The notes beneath the pieces are model-generated. The model was not told the origin of the DNA. It was given only the letters and a program-made list of their open reading frames with translations, and ran no database searches. Of a DNA stretch of 64,000 nt, positions 10,853 through 23,148 are shown piece after piece. The DNA lies in NCBI GenBank assembly GCA_963727895.1, contig CAVSHT010000014.1:32001-96000 (forward strand), read 5' to 3'. Each line of letters begins with the position of its first letter. Position 1 is the first letter of the stretch. Made by a program: the position numbers and the translations under genes. Source of the stretch: an uncultured Methanosarcinaceae archaeon. Its GTDB lineage: Archaea; Halobacteriota; Methanosarcinia; Methanosarcinales; Methanosarcinaceae.

Positions 10853-10974
10853 CTTACATTAATCCCAAATTTCTAGTAATAAGCTCAAAAGGTATGTTTC
10901 CATTGTAATATTTTGGCGTAGCCTCTAATCTTTATTATTATTGGACAATATTATCTCAAATTCTCCTTTTAATA

Positions 10975-11056
10975 ATTCCCCCTTTTATGAGCCTCTTTTC
11001 GATGTCCCTAATTTCGTAATCTGTAAAAGATAGGCTCTGATAATGTCTAAGACTAG
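10975..11056 (-). pseudogene. Tyrosine integrase extreme C-terminal remnant
   Basis: Matches 42145-42225 (SLRHYQSLSFT..E..DIEKRL). Confidence 0.6.
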
Positions 11057-11160
11057 TGTCAAGAAAATTTAGTTATTGATCATCTAAAGCTCAAAATCAT
11101 TGTGCACTGACAAGAAGCTACTAAAGATCATGCTCAATAATTAAATTGCCATGACACTAG
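11053..11160. mobile_element. MITE CTAGTGTCA...TGACACTAG (second copy 16708-16814)
   Basis: Terminal inverted repeat, CTAG flanks, two similar copies. Confidence 0.75.
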
Positions 11161-11161
11161 T

Positions 11162-11282
11162 GTTCATGTCCAGAGACCTTCCGCAGTAAATTTGATTTAA
11201 ATCTTCTGACATAGTCCAATGGAAATATGGAATTTTCCGGGAATTTCATTGAGTGTTACCGCAGAAGGTCTCTGGACATGAA
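11162..11282. mobile_element. Internally deleted derivative of the IS481-like element at 54214
   Basis: TTCATGTCCAGAGACCT...AGGTCTCTGGACATGAA ends. Confidence 0.8.
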
Positions 11283-11355
11283 TATTAATCGATAACTAAT
11301 GGAAAAATATCACTTCCTGGAAAACATCTTCGTGAAGTAGGAGAAAAAAAATCTT

Positions 11356-12726
11356 TTAGATCTTTTTCTTAAGCACTAAGTATCCTACTAAGATCAAAAA
11401 TAGGGGTAAAGCAATTGTCACTAGTACTTCAGCTGCTCCCTGCACTTCCTCTGCTTTACTATTATTTTCACTCTTGTTTAAGGCATTTCCTGCACCTACC
11501 AGGCTTTCTGTAGTATCCTGCAGTTTTGCTTCTATTTGGGTATTGTTTTTGTTTGCTTCTCCAGGATAGGTAATAGCAAAGCAAGAAAAACCAGGCGCTT
11601 TCGAAGTAAAATATGAATAATTATTATCTTCTCTGACCTTTTTGGTATAAAGCGGCTCCCAACTTTGATTATACCATTGAAGGGTTATAAGGGATTCATT
11701 AACACTATTATTTTTAATCCATGATTTTTCAACTCTGAATCCAATTACCCCATTTGCAAGGGATGTAGGAAGCCCTCCTCCGTTATCTCCTACCCAGATA
11801 TTCACATATTTATATACACTTCCGGAAGCACGTTCTGGGACAAAGTTGGACTTGCTCTTGAGTTCTTCTACAGTTGTGGTCGTCTTTTGAAATGTTCTTT
11901 TTGCATCGTACTCTATATACATAATGCATGTACTGTTTTGCAAAAAATCGTATCTTATATGATTGCCACTCATGATATTTCTGGTAGCAAGCTCTACTGA
12001 AGCAACATTTTTGGCTGGCTCTTTGGAAAAACTGCTTCTCACGTCACTAGAGCTAGAACTTGAGCTAGAGCTGCTCTGACTTTGGATAAGTTTAGTAGTA
12101 TCCGTGTTATTTGTTGTCTGATTAGATGTTATAGTAGGGGTAGTTGTTGTCTGATTAGATGTTGTAGTAGAGGTAGTTATTGTTTGATTAAATGTTGTAG
12201 TAGGGGTAGTTGTTGTCTGATTAGATGTTGTAGTAGGGGTAGTTGTTGTCTGATTAGATGTTGTAGTAGGGGTAGTTGTTGTCTGATTAGATGTTGTAGT
12301 AGGGGTGGTTGTTGTCTGATTAGATGTTGTAGTAGGGGTGGTTGTTGTCTGATTAGATGTTGTAGTAGGGGTAGATTTTTGCTCATAAATTTTTATTCCA
12401 ACATTATACCCTGAGAGGAATTTCAGATTGTATCCAACAGTGTATCCATCAGCATATCCTATATCTTGAGAAGTGGTGCTCTTTGGCGCGAAGTCAATAA
12501 GACCAGTTCCTGTATATTTAATTCCTTTAATTCCTATATCATATCCTTTGTCATATCCATTTATTAGTCCAATTTTATATCCTTCATCATATCCATCCAC
12601 GTAGTGCTGCTTATCCTTTGATCCCCAACTCGAATTCAGAGATGCGCTTACAACTATAGTCATCGCTGACATTAAAAAACAGATAGTCAGCAAAATACTA
12701 AGTACCTTTTTGGTCTGTCTCTTCAT
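11356..12726 (-). CDS. Cell-surface protein with PGF-pre-PGF domain and Thr-rich repeats
   Basis: Signal peptide, GYxxG repeats, (TPTTTSNQTTT)n, VYKYVNIWVG...APGFSCFAIT, C-terminal membrane helix. Confidence 0.85.
   Translation of the reverse strand: MKRQTKKVLSILLTICFLMSAMTIVVSASLNSSWGSKDKQHYVDGYDEGYKIGLINGYDKGYDIGIKGIKYTGTGLIDFAPKSTTSQDIGYADGYTVGYNLKFLSGYNVGIKIYEQKSTPTTTSNQTTTTPTTTSNQTTTTPTTTSNQTTTTPTTTSNQTTTTPTTTSNQTTTTPTTTFNQTITTSTTTSNQTTTTPTITSNQTTNNTDTTKLIQSQSSSSSSSSSSDVRSSFSKEPAKNVASVELATRNIMSGNHIRYDFLQNSTCIMYIEYDAKRTFQKTTTTVEELKSKSNFVPERASGSVYKYVNIWVGDNGGGLPTSLANGVIGFRVEKSWIKNNSVNESLITLQWYNQSWEPLYTKKVREDNNYSYFTSKAPGFSCFAITYPGEANKNNTQIEAKLQDTTESLVGAGNALNKSENNSKAEEVQGAAEVLVTIALPLFLILVGYLVLKKKI
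12110..12372. repeat. 33-bp tandem repeat, about 8 copies, coding
   Basis: Unit GTTGTTGTCTGATTAGATGTTGTAGTAGGGGTA. Confidence 0.9.
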
Positions 12727-13038
12727 AGTGGTTTTGACTCTGAATTTCTAATTAAAGCTACTGGTTCCATTGAAAAAAATCTGGTTTTTTTACAAAAAAA
12801 GTGAAAACCTTTACAATTAGAAACGTTGACCATTTTTATAACGCAAAAAAAGCACATAAAAGACCAATTATAGTCTTAAAGTGCGAGGAAAACATTTTTG
12901 CAACACGCGATACGAACAAAATAATAAAACGTTCGTTTTTGGAAAAGAATATTTTAAAAATTGATAGAAAAATAAGCGATTTTCTTTAAAAATACGAACC
13001 TTGCATATCAAAAAAAGTTCGGGTTTTGGAGTATTCTG

Positions 13039-13894
13039 GGTTCTGTTGCAAAAAATATCTGTTAAGGATTTAATCAAATAAAAGGGAAGTAAAGGATAAT
13101 GACATGCTATCTAATCCCTTTAAATGGAAGCATTTTGTGGGTGAAATTATTTTATTGAATGTTAGATGGTACTTAAAATATCCATTAAGTTATCGAAATT
13201 TAAAGGAAATGATGGCAGAAAGGGGAGTAGAAGTTGATCACAGTACTATCATGAGATGGGTACATCAATATTCACCTGAAATTGAAAAGAAGGTCTGAAG
13301 GCATTTAAGACCAACAAACGACTCTTGGAGAGTTGATGAAACTTATATCAGAGTTAAAGGTAAATGGAAATATTTTTACCGAGCAGTTGACTCAAATGGA
13401 GATACAATTGATTTTATGTTAAGTGCAAAACGAGACCAAAAAGCAGCGAACAGATTCTTCAAAAAAGCTTTGAATTCTAATCAGAATCAAATTCCAAGAG
13501 TAATCACAGTTGATAAAAATCCAGCTTATCCACCTGCTATAAATAAACTAAAAAATGACAAAATACTACCTATAAACGTAGGCATTCGACAAATCAAGTA
13601 TTTGAATAACATTATAGAACAAGATCATAGATCCATTAAACGAATAGTTAATCCAATGTTAGGATTTCAGTCTTTTAACACAGCTATTAAGACTTTAAAA
13701 GGAATTGAAGCGATGAATATGATTAAAAAAGGACAAGTCAAGAATCTAAATTACTCTGGTCTTAATGAAGCTAAATATATTAATCAATTATTTGGAATAG
13801 TTCTATAATATTGATACATCTTCTCGAATATTTTAACTTTTGTTCATTGTCTATAGATTTACATGCTTATTCTGAGATTTTTTGCAACGGAACC
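13039..13894 (+). mobile_element. IS6-family element, transposase interrupted by CGA>TGA at 13296; 8-bp target duplication GTATTCTG
   Basis: Inverted repeats GGTTCTGTTGCAAAAAA/TTTTTTGCAACGGAACC; near-identical to 38469-39324. Confidence 0.95.
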
Positions 13895-13910
13895 GTATTC
13901 TGTAGAACTA

Positions 13911-14161
13911 GGGTTCATGTCCAGAGACCTTCCGCAGTAAATTTGATTTAAATCTTCTGACATACTTGTAAACACAAATCAATATCTATAGTCAAGAGGC
14001 TAAATGATGCAACTTTTAATGATTTTCAGAACTTTCTTGTGATTGCGAAAATATATACAATTTACGTGAGCATTCATCATTTAACTATCGAAGTCTAGTG
14101 GAAATATGGAATTCCTCGGGAGTTTCATTGAGTGTTACTGCAGGAGGTCTGTGGACATGAA
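13911..14161 (+). mobile_element. Internally deleted derivative of the IS481-like element
   Basis: Both ends match 54214-55460. Confidence 0.85.
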
Positions 14162-16687
14162 GACTCATAGTGAAAAAAAGCTTGTATTCTGGAGTATTCC
14201 TACATCCGAGATATTGCAGGAACTCCAAACAACGGATGAAGGCCTAAAAAGTTCCGAAAGCGGTGAGCGTCTTAAGAGATATGGGGCTAATATTCTTAGA
14301 CCAAAGAAAAGGTCAGATGCCCTTAAGATTCTGCTTTCCCAATTCAAAAGTCCGATTACGCTTATTCTCCTTTTTGCAGCCGGAATTGCCTTTTTTCTTC
14401 ATGAACAAACAGATACCATAATTATTGTAACTATTGTCTTGATCAGCAGTTTGCTGGGATTCTGGCAGGAAAAAGAATCTGCAGATGCCTTTGAAAAACT
14501 GCTTTCTGTAGTGCAGATAAAGGCGGCAGTTATCAGAGACGGCAGGGAAACAGAAGTTCCAGTCAAAGAGATCGTGCCTGGAGATATAATAATCCTCCAC
14601 CCAGGAGACATGATTCCTGCAGACTGCTTGATTCTTGACTCAAATGACCTTTTTGTTAGCGAAGCTACTCTCACAGGAGAGAGTTATCCTGTAGAAAAAT
14701 CAATCGGTGCATTGAAGGCAGAAATCCCTATCGGACAGCGTATAAATTCTCTCTGGATGGGAACAAGTGTGGTTAGTGGAAGTGAAAAAGCACTGGTAGT
14801 GTTTACAGGGAAGAAAACCGAGTTTGGGAAAATTTCAGAAACGCTGAAACTCAGGCCTCCGGAAACTGAGTTTGAAAGAGGCGTTGCAAACTTTGGCCAT
14901 TTTCTGATGGAAGTTACGATGCTTATGGTGCTAGCTATCTTCGTGATCAACGTTTATCTCCAGCGTCCGGTACTTGACTCGTTTCTTTTCTCCCTTGCTC
15001 TTGCAGTTGGGCTGACTCCTCAGCTTCTGCCTGCAATCATTAGTGTTAACCTTTCCCACGGCGCAAGAGAGATGGCGCAAAATAAGGTGATTGTCAAGAG
15101 ACTAGCTTCAATTGAGAATCTGGGCAGTATGAACCTACTTTGCTCCAACAAGACTGGTACTCTGACTAAAGGAGAACTGCAACTTCACTCTTTTCAGGAC
15201 CTCAAAGGAGATCAAAATGAAAAAGTCCTCCTTTATGCCAGTCTCAATGCCTATTACCAGAAAGGTTTTGAAAATCCTATCGACAAAGCAATAGTTGTAC
15301 AGAATAAACTTGATTTGGCCCAGTATGAAAAACTAGACGAAATCCCTTATGACTTCATACGTAAACGGTTAAGTATCCTTGTCTCAAAAAGTGGCACTAA
15401 CCTGATGATTACCAAAGGTGCGCTTCCGAATATTCTTGAAATCTGTTCCATAGCAGAGGCTGAACCTGGAAAAACTGTAGACATTTCTGAGGTAAAGAAA
15501 CAAATAGAGCAACAGTTTGAAGAATTCAGCGAAAAAGGGCTTCGAACGCTTGGAGTTGCATACAGGGAAATGGGGCAGCAGAAAACTATCAAAAAAGAAA
15601 AGGAAAAAGGAATGACTTTTCTAGGGTTACTCTTCTTTTTGACCCACCAAAGCCAGACATTATAAAAACGATAGAAAGCATGGGACAGCTCGGAATTTCT
15701 CTGAAGATTATTACTGGAGACAACAAGTTTGTGGCTGCCAGTATCAGCCGGGAGATCGGACTTAAGAACTCCAAGGTTATAACCGGGATCGAACTTGATA
15801 AGATGAGTAACGAAGCCCTGGTTAAGCAGGTAAATGATACTGATTTTTTTGCAGAGATAGAACCGAACCAGAAAGAACGTATCATCCTTGCATTCAAAAA
15901 GAGTGGAAACGTCGTTGGCTATATAGGAGACGGCATTAATGATGCGTCTGCTCTTCATGCTGCAGATGTGGGAATTTCAGTTGACAGCGCTGCAGATGTT
16001 GCCAAAGACGCTGCAGACATTGTGCTGATGGAAAAGAATCTGGACGCACTTGTTGAGGGGATAAAGGGTGGGCGGAAAACCTTTGCCAACACCCTGAAGT
16101 ACGTCTTCATGGCTACAAGCGCCAATTTCGGGAACATGTTCAGCATGGCGGGAGCGTCCCTTTTCTTGCCTTTCCTTCCCCTGCTGCCCACACAGATCCT
16201 ACTAACCAATTTATTGACCGACTTTCCGGAGATGACCATAGCAACGGATTCTGTGGACAGGGAGTTGATCGAAAAACCCCGTCGCTGGGATATAGGTTTT
16301 ATCCGCAAGTTTATGATAGTATTTGGTCTTACCAGCTCTGTATTTGACTATCTGACTTTCGGCGTTTTGCTTCTTATCCTCCCTGGTAAGATAGAGCAAT
16401 TCAGAACCGGATGGTTTGTGGAATCCGTTATTTCAGCATCTATGATAGTCCTGGTAATTCGAAGCAGAAAACCTTTCTTCAAAAGCAAACCCGGAAAATA
16501 CTTGCTGGCAGTTACCCTGCTTGTTGGAGTCTTGACACTTTGTCTACCGCTGACTCCTTTTGCAGCTCCTTTTGGCTTCAAATCTCTCTCCATTTCCATG
16601 ATTTTAATACTCGGAGTCATAGTAGGACTATACATTCTTACGGCTGAGATAATAAAGAAAATGTTTTATAAAAAAGTAAAATTTTGA
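14157..16687 (+). pseudogene. mgtA: Mg2+-transporting P-type ATPase, frameshifted near 15640 and with phosphorylation-site D>N
   Basis: TGES, LAVGLTPQLLP, CSNKTGTLT, TGD, GDGINDA, ANFGNMFS; split across two frames. Confidence 0.9.
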
Positions 16688-16920
16688 GATCCAGGCCGTC
16701 TCAAAAACAGTGTCACGAAGATTTAGTTATTGGTCATCTAAAGCTCAGAATCATTGTGCTCTGACAAGAAGCTACTGAAGATTATGCTCAATAATTAAAT
16801 TGCCATGACACTAGTGCTTCGATTCCAAAATCAATTCCTTATTTCTTGGAAAAATCGTATCTCTTCAAATTAAGTGGAAAGGTCTTCACTTTCAATTCAA
16901 TGCACTTTTTTTTCTGATTA

Positions 16921-17050
16921 GAGCCTATCCAAAAAGTGGTTACCGGCTATAACTTTTACAATATGCAATATGCAAAACCGTAACGGATGCCCGGATATTT
17001 AGACCTATTGCAACTTTTCGATATGCATTATCGACTTTTCGGATAGGCTC
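16921..17050. mobile_element. 130-bp MITE GAGCCTATCC...GGATAGGCTC
   Basis: Terminal inverted repeat with TA flanks; relatives at 24555, 30463 and 38219. Confidence 0.8.
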
Positions 17051-17429
17051 TAATAACAGGCTTATGCTTCCAAACAATTGATTTTTTTTTGAATTCATTT
17101 TTTTCAGCAGGAATTAACTAATTTATAGGCTTCACAAGAAAATATCTTTATCAAAAACTCCAGCTTTGTATCTTATTTAAAATTTTTCTGTAATCAAATG
17201 GGTAAAATTGCTCTTTAAACTGTTATGTAATACATATTTTTACAGGAAGGCAAAAAAGAAGAAATTAGTTTGCTCCATAACCATATTAAGAAATTGAACG
17301 AAAGAAATAGGTTATCAATATTTCAATTATAATAATTGAATTAAAGAATTGTATAAATAAAGTAAAAGAGTAACGTAATATGTGATGTAAATGGTGAAAG
17401 GTTTGGGTAAAATATATAAAACTATTTTT

Positions 17430-18182
17430 GGCATTGATACTTAAACATAGTTATATACTATTAGAAAGTATATTTCTTCATGAACTGCCCCAGATGCAAT
17501 AGTTCCAGTCACAAAAAGAACGGTATAGTTGGTGGTCGTCAACGCCACAAATGCCATAATTGTGGATATAACTATACAGTAGAGCTAAAATCAACTGCTT
17601 TTTCCGCCTCTGTTAAAAGACAGGCTTTACAACTTTACCTTGAAGGATTAGGCTTTCGTTCAATAGGAAGAGTTTTAGGGGTGAGTCATGTTTCTGTCCA
17701 AAGATGGATCAAGAAATTTGGTCAGGAGTTAGAGGACCTAAAAAGTGAAAATGAGATATCTATTGTTGAAATGGATGAGATGCACACTTACATCGGTAAC
17801 AAAAAAAATATTGCTGGATCTGGATTGCTATTGATAGAGTTGGGAAAAAGTTCATCAACTGCTCTTTTGGTGGTAGAGGAACGGAAACTGGAAAACTACT
17901 CTGGGAAAAATTGAAGAAAAAAGAGATTGGAGAAGTGATGACAGATCACTGGAGAGCATATGCAGAGTTTCTTCCAGAAAAGATCCATACTCAATCCAAA
18001 GCAAAAACGTATACTGTTGAAGGATATAACAGCATATTGAAACAGCATATTGAGGCATTTTCTGGCAAGGTTGAGAAGAAAGACAGAGTGTTATACGAAG
18101 AGTATTGAAATGCTAAAGTACTCGGTTATTCTATTGATGAAATACAGAAATAAAGAACTGGCCATGTTTAGTTAACAATGCC
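17430..18182 (+). mobile_element. IS1-family element (InsA/InsB frames), InsB broken by a short duplication near 18030-18053
   Basis: GGCATTG...CAATGCC ends; CPRC...C..C Zn ribbon, EMDEM, MTDHW; A-run between frames. Confidence 0.9.
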
Positions 18183-18476
18183 GTCAAGTGAAATATTTTT
18201 CCAGAGTAAAGCTACTCCAACAATAAATCCTGAAATTATTGTGCTTTTATCCAAATTTGATAGCCATTTGAGTGCTTTAGAAAATATGTTTTGTTTCGAT
18301 GTATCTACATGATTAAATTCAGTCCTGATAGATGTGTATGGAATGTACTTAAGCCGGCATATGTCCATTTTTTTAGCTGAATTTTCGATTATTTTCTGTA
18401 GAGGACCTTCTATACTATTACCAACTTCCCACAACTCCCTGACACATTCCTCAAAAGCTCTTTCGTCCTTTCGCAT
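18168..18476 (-). CDS. Hypothetical protein fragment, 3' end runs into IS1
   Basis: 102-aa ORF, no recognised motif. Confidence 0.3.
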   Translation of the reverse strand: MRKDERAFEECVRELWEVGNSIEGPLQKIIENSAKKMDICRLKYIPYTSIRTEFNHVDTSKQNIFSKALKWLSNLDKSTIISGFIVGVALLWKNISLDGIVN

Positions 18477-18956
18477 TCTAGAATGTTTATATTTATATAT
18501 TTTTTATGCAATCCATTAATTTATCAAGAGACTGTATGAATGCTTCACCTTTCTGATTTCCTTTATATATTTCTCTACAGACAATTAATTTATTTTCCCA
18601 ATTTTCAATTTCATATTCAAGTTTTGGTACTTCATCCGTTGTTTTGATTACTTTAAGAAACGCATAGTCAATTATGATTTACAAAACTGCCATTACAATA
18701 CTAATAATCAATCAATTATTTGGAATAGTTCTATAATATTGATACATCTTCTAGAATATTTTAACTTTTCTTTGATATCGTAAATTTACATGCTTATCCT
18801 GAGATTTTTTGCAACGTAACCACTGTAATTTATGCATAGCTTTTTGAAATTTGCCATACTTTATTAGCTCTCGAAAACCAATAGCTATCGCCAATATTTG
18901 TGGAATGGCTTTATATAGTTAGAAATTTATACAGTATCTAGCGATTAATTTTCGAG

Positions 18957-19250
18957 GTGACTATTATAGCCGATGCGAGAAATTTTGTTTTACGAGATGA
19001 GAATGGCAATGAGCATGGAGTCTTCACAGGGAAACAGCCTCGTCAGGCTGCTTTGAAAGCTGCAAATCGGGGTGCTGGGACAAAATCCAAACCGGAGATT
19101 ATTCGTCTTAGAGAACGCGGAACAAAGAAAGTACACGTTTTCAAGGGATGGAAAGAAACTGTAAAAGCTCCCGAAAATAGGCCTAGCTGGATGCCTGAGA
19201 AAATAGATAAGCCCTTTGTCAAGAAAGAGAAAATCGAAACAATCGAGTAA
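18957..19250 (+). CDS. Non-histone chromosomal protein MC1
   Basis: RNFVLRDENGNEHGVFTGKQPRQAALKAANRG...RLRERGTKKVHVF...PSWMP. Confidence 0.95.
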   Translation: MTIIADARNFVLRDENGNEHGVFTGKQPRQAALKAANRGAGTKSKPEIIRLRERGTKKVHVFKGWKETVKAPENRPSWMPEKIDKPFVKKEKIETIE

Positions 19251-19660
19251 ATAAAAATCTTCTTTTTCAATTTTTACCCTAGAAAACTAAGTTAGGCAAC
19301 ATGACCTTAAAACAACTTTTTTCAGTATACTGTGACTTACCTCAAAACTGTATAGTTGTAACAGGCCAACGAATACAATTTAACGAGGTGATATGGATTG
19401 CTGACCTGCAAGACATCATTAATTGAAATAGGTTAAATTCTTTTTCGTTCTGTTCAAATACGAACTTTGTAGGTCAAAAGGTTCGCATATTAACACTTTC
19501 TGAAAAAGTAGTTTTTTAGGAAAATGTATAGGTTTTACAACGAAATTTTCGCTACATTTTTTATATTTTGCATTAGAAAAAAGTTATGTAAAATAAGTAA
19601 CACTCCATTAAAACATATGGGGTAACTCTTATTTCAATGGAAAAACGTAAAATAAAGTAA

Positions 19661-19870
19661 TTAGTCTGTTGCTATTATCACATCTGAAGCTTTGACTACA
19701 GCGTATACATCGCTTCCTTCTTTTAAGTTCAGACTTTCAGCTGATGTTTTTGTGATGATGGAAGTGATTTCTGCTCCTCCAGGTACTGCTATTACAATTT
19801 CAGCGTTTACCATACCAGTAACAATTTTTTTAACCTTGCCCTTCATTACATTGCGTGCGCTCAGTTTCAT
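19661..19870 (-). CDS. Mop/TOBE molybdate-binding protein
   Basis: MKLSARN...SIIT..SAESLNLKEG...AVVKASDV; GGAG upstream of ATG 19870. Confidence 0.9.
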   Translation of the reverse strand: MKLSARNVMKGKVKKIVTGMVNAEIVIAVPGGAEITSIITKTSAESLNLKEGSDVYAVVKASDVIIATD

Positions 19871-20034
19871 TATTTGCTCCTCCACTCTATTTTTTTAGTT
19901 ATTTTTATTATTCTTTAGTTATTTTACACATATCTATACATATATGAGTCTTACGAACTTGAGATCAGTTTATGGTTTCTATTTGGAGATTGATATCGGT
20001 TCAGCTCAAAAACGTGAAGAATTAAAATCATTTT

Positions 20035-20224
20035 CATGCGTCTTCGGTTAAGTGAAGAATCGTGACAAATTGCATCAATTCCTATAACATTTGTTAAATC
20101 TGTTAATAGATCATGAGCTGGAACAAGGTATCGATTTCATATAGATAAGCAAAGATTTAAGGCAGGCTTCTAGTGCAAAATCAATAGCTTTCAGGCAAGA
20201 AAATTCTTTAACCGATGACCAATG
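20035..20224. mobile_element. ~190-bp IS4-type MITE
   Basis: CATGCGTCTTCGGTTAAG...TTAACCGATGACCAATG; the right end matches the IS4 end at 51185. Confidence 0.8.
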
Positions 20225-20325
20225 AAAAAGTCTCAAACTTCTGTATTTTCTAAATATTCTGTATAATTTGCTGCTGGGATTGAAGCAAAAAGGACTAAAA
20301 TACATAGATTTTATGAAAATAAATT

Positions 20326-20592
20326 GCGTGCGGCCACCCCACCCTAAAGGATGGGGTATGCTTCGGGCCGCCTGCCCGGTTAATTGGAGACAGATAATTA
20401 AGCATCCTTTAACAAGGTTTCCTTACTATAAGTGATTGAAATTTTGACCTCGGTTTCCTATCCGATTTACGATCTACATAAAAGGAAGCTATGGTTTAGA
20501 TATTCAAAGAGAAATAAGAAGAGGCGAGGGTCCACTTCATCTCCAATCTAAAGAATGGAGTATTCGTGACCCTCTGCGCTCCCGTTGTAATA
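20326..20592. mobile_element. Non-autonomous IS200/IS605-like element with two related hairpins
   Basis: CCCCACCCTAAAGGATGGGG and CTCCAATCTAAAGAATGGAG hairpins at the two GC-rich ends, no ORF. Confidence 0.55.
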
Positions 20593-21523
20593 AAGTAGAA
20601 AGTAGGCGGGTATCTGGTCTATAAGCACATTGGGAAGAGGAAAGTTATGGCATATAAACCAGAAAATCCCGCATGACAACTATTACTTCTGTAATCAGTT
20701 AACTCCCATCGAAAAACATGTCAGAAACTATATAACGGGTAGAATCCCCCAAGATAAAGTACACTCTAAAAACCAATTTTTTAGAAAAAATAATTCATAA
20801 TAATCTTTAAAAGGAACAAATAATTAATATAAAACCTTTATTTGTTCACAATTTATGTTTATTCATAAATAAGGCATCTGATATCATTTTTGTCCTTACA
20901 AAATTCAATGTTAAAAGTAAGGAAAAAACAACGTTTAATGTACCAATAGAAGTATTTAAGTCCTTTAAATAAAAAATAAATCTTTTAATGAATGTAATTT
21001 ACTTGGGGAAGGATTGATACTACATTTAACTGGAAAAATAAGGTTTAATATTTCTTAAAAAACTAATCATTTTTCAAGGGGTATAAACGAGTTAGAAAAA
21101 TACAGTAATTTTTTCTTATAACTATTGTCTTTTTTTATTGTATTTCCAATAGCAAATATTATACCTATAATAACTCCGTTAGCAACCCCTCGCGTTAAAT
21201 CGTGAAATAAGTATTCTAATAATATGCTGACTATCAATGGTACTAAAAAAAATAAAAGTTGTTCCTTTATAGAAAAATTCTCCAAGTCCTCTTTGATATT
21301 TTACAGGAAATTATTTTTTGCTCCAGAATATATACCATTTCTTTTTTGGTTCTAGAAGCTGTTTCTACGTGATGTTATTTACTATGAAATAATTCTATGG
21401 CAATGCCAATACCAATGCCCAGACATATAAACCCGAAAATTAAGATAAACGACGACGAATTTTCAAATGCATATAGCATTGAATAAATACCAATTATCAT
21501 CAAAGCAGTAAAAACAAAAAGAG

Positions 21524-22194
21524 GGTATTGTTACTTAACTATATCTAGTTCTTTATTTCTTTATTTCATCAATGGAATTACCGAGTACTTTAGCATTTCA
21601 AGACTCTTCGTATAACACTTTGTCTTTCTTCTCAACCTTGCCAAAAAGTGCCTCAATATGCTGTTATATCCTTCAACAGTATACGTTTCTGCTTTGGATT
21701 GAGTATGGATCTTTTCTGGAATAAACTCTGCATATGCTCTCCAGTGATCGGTCAATCACTTCTCCAATCTCTTTTTTCTTCAATTTTTCCCTGAGTAGTT
21801 TTCCAGCTTCTGTTCCTCTGCTACCAAAAGAGCAGTTGATGAACTTTTTCCCAACTCTATCAACAGCAATCCAGATCCAGCAATATTTTTTTTGTTACCG
21901 ATGTAAGTGTGCATCTCATCCATTTCAACAATAGATATCTCATTTTCACTTTTTAGATTCTCTCACTCTTGACCAAATTTCTTGATTCATTTTTGGACAG
22001 AAACATGACTTACCCCTAAAAATCGTTCTATTGAGCGAAAACCCAATCCTTCAAGATAGCCACAATCAGAACATTTGTACCGTTGACGCCCGTCAACTAT
22101 ATCATTTTTTTATGACTGGAACTATTGCATCTGGGGCAGTTCATGCAGAAATAGAGGTTCTCATAATAAATAACTATAGTTAATTATCAAAACC
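21524..22194 (-). mobile_element. IS1-family element, degenerate with internal deletion
   Basis: Homologous to 17430-18182. Confidence 0.9.
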
Positions 22195-22329
22195 AAAGTT
22201 AGAAATAAGTGGATCAACTTTTCCAAAATGAGGAAATGAGTTTAATGAATTTGAATGGAATTCCATTGTTCTTATAGAATCGGAGAAAAACCAGAAAAAA
22301 TTAAAAAGACTCTGGATTTAAATCAGGAA

Positions 22330-22620
22330 TTAGTACCTGTGGTAGTACGGATGGTGGTATGGATGGTAGTATGGATGGTAGTATGGATGGTAGTATGGAT
22401 GGTAGTATGGATGGTAGTATGGATGGTAGTATGGATGGTAGTATGGATGGTAGTATGGATGGTAGTATGGATGGTAGTATGGATGGTAGTATGGATGGTA
22501 GTAGCCACCGTGGTGATAAGGCTGTGCGCTTACTGTCGCAGCTGTTAATGTTACTACAAAGAAAACTGCTAGCAAGACAGCTACTGCTTTTTTTGTTGTG
22601 TTAAATGTTTTTTTTCCCAT
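22330..22620 (-). CDS. Small secreted protein composed of (YYHP)n
   Basis: Signal-like MGKKTFNTTKKAVAVLLAVFFVVTLTAATVSA followed by ~13 copies of a 12-bp unit. Confidence 0.7.
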   Translation of the reverse strand: MGKKTFNTTKKAVAVLLAVFFVVTLTAATVSAQPYHHGGYYHPYYHPYYHPYYHPYYHPYYHPYYHPYYHPYYHPYYHPYYHPYYHPYHHPYYHRY

Positions 22621-23009
22621 GTAGTTCACTCCCCATATTTTTACTTAAGTTGATACAATTTCAAAACACCCCTTTTCAATTCAGATTCAGTCTGCAGATA
22701 CGTTTAGTAGTAAATACTATTCTATTAATTAATAATCCACGACAATTTTGGAAAGAAAACATTGTCGGTAAAATACTATTTTTATATGCCGTGATTTACA
22801 TGTTGATGAGGGCGATTTTAAAATTATAACACATGGGTATTATTATTATTATTTAAAGAATATAATAGATATAGAAATATAATTAAGAAACCTATAAAAA
22901 GTTAAAATTAGAATTATTTAGACTTAGTTTCCATAAATTTTATCTTAACAGAATAATTCTTCTAAATTATTTATTAATATGAAACTTATCGAAAGTTAAT
23001 GTGCCCTGA

Positions 23010-23134
23010 GGTTCATGTCCAGAGACCTTCCACAGTAAATTTGATTTAAATTTTTTGACACAGTACAGTGAAAATATGGAATTCCTTTGGAGTTTAATTG
23101 AGTGTTACTGCAGGAGGTCTGTAGACATGAACCC
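23010..23134. mobile_element. MITE of the IS481-like element
   Basis: GGTTCATGTCC...GACATGAACCC ends. Confidence 0.85.
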
Positions 23135-23148
23135 TAGCGATTTGGAGC

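Noticed and set aside
12082..12414. Cys-rich (CCLIRCCSRG)n ORF
   Set aside because: Antisense shadow of the 33-bp repeat.
20620..20735. Repeat shared with ~29000-29110
   Set aside because: Probably a decayed IS fragment; cannot be assigned by eye.
22255..22604. Alternative-frame ORFs (MVVW)n, (MDGS)n, (TTIH)n
   Set aside because: Artefacts of the 12-bp repeat; only the YYHP frame has a signal peptide.
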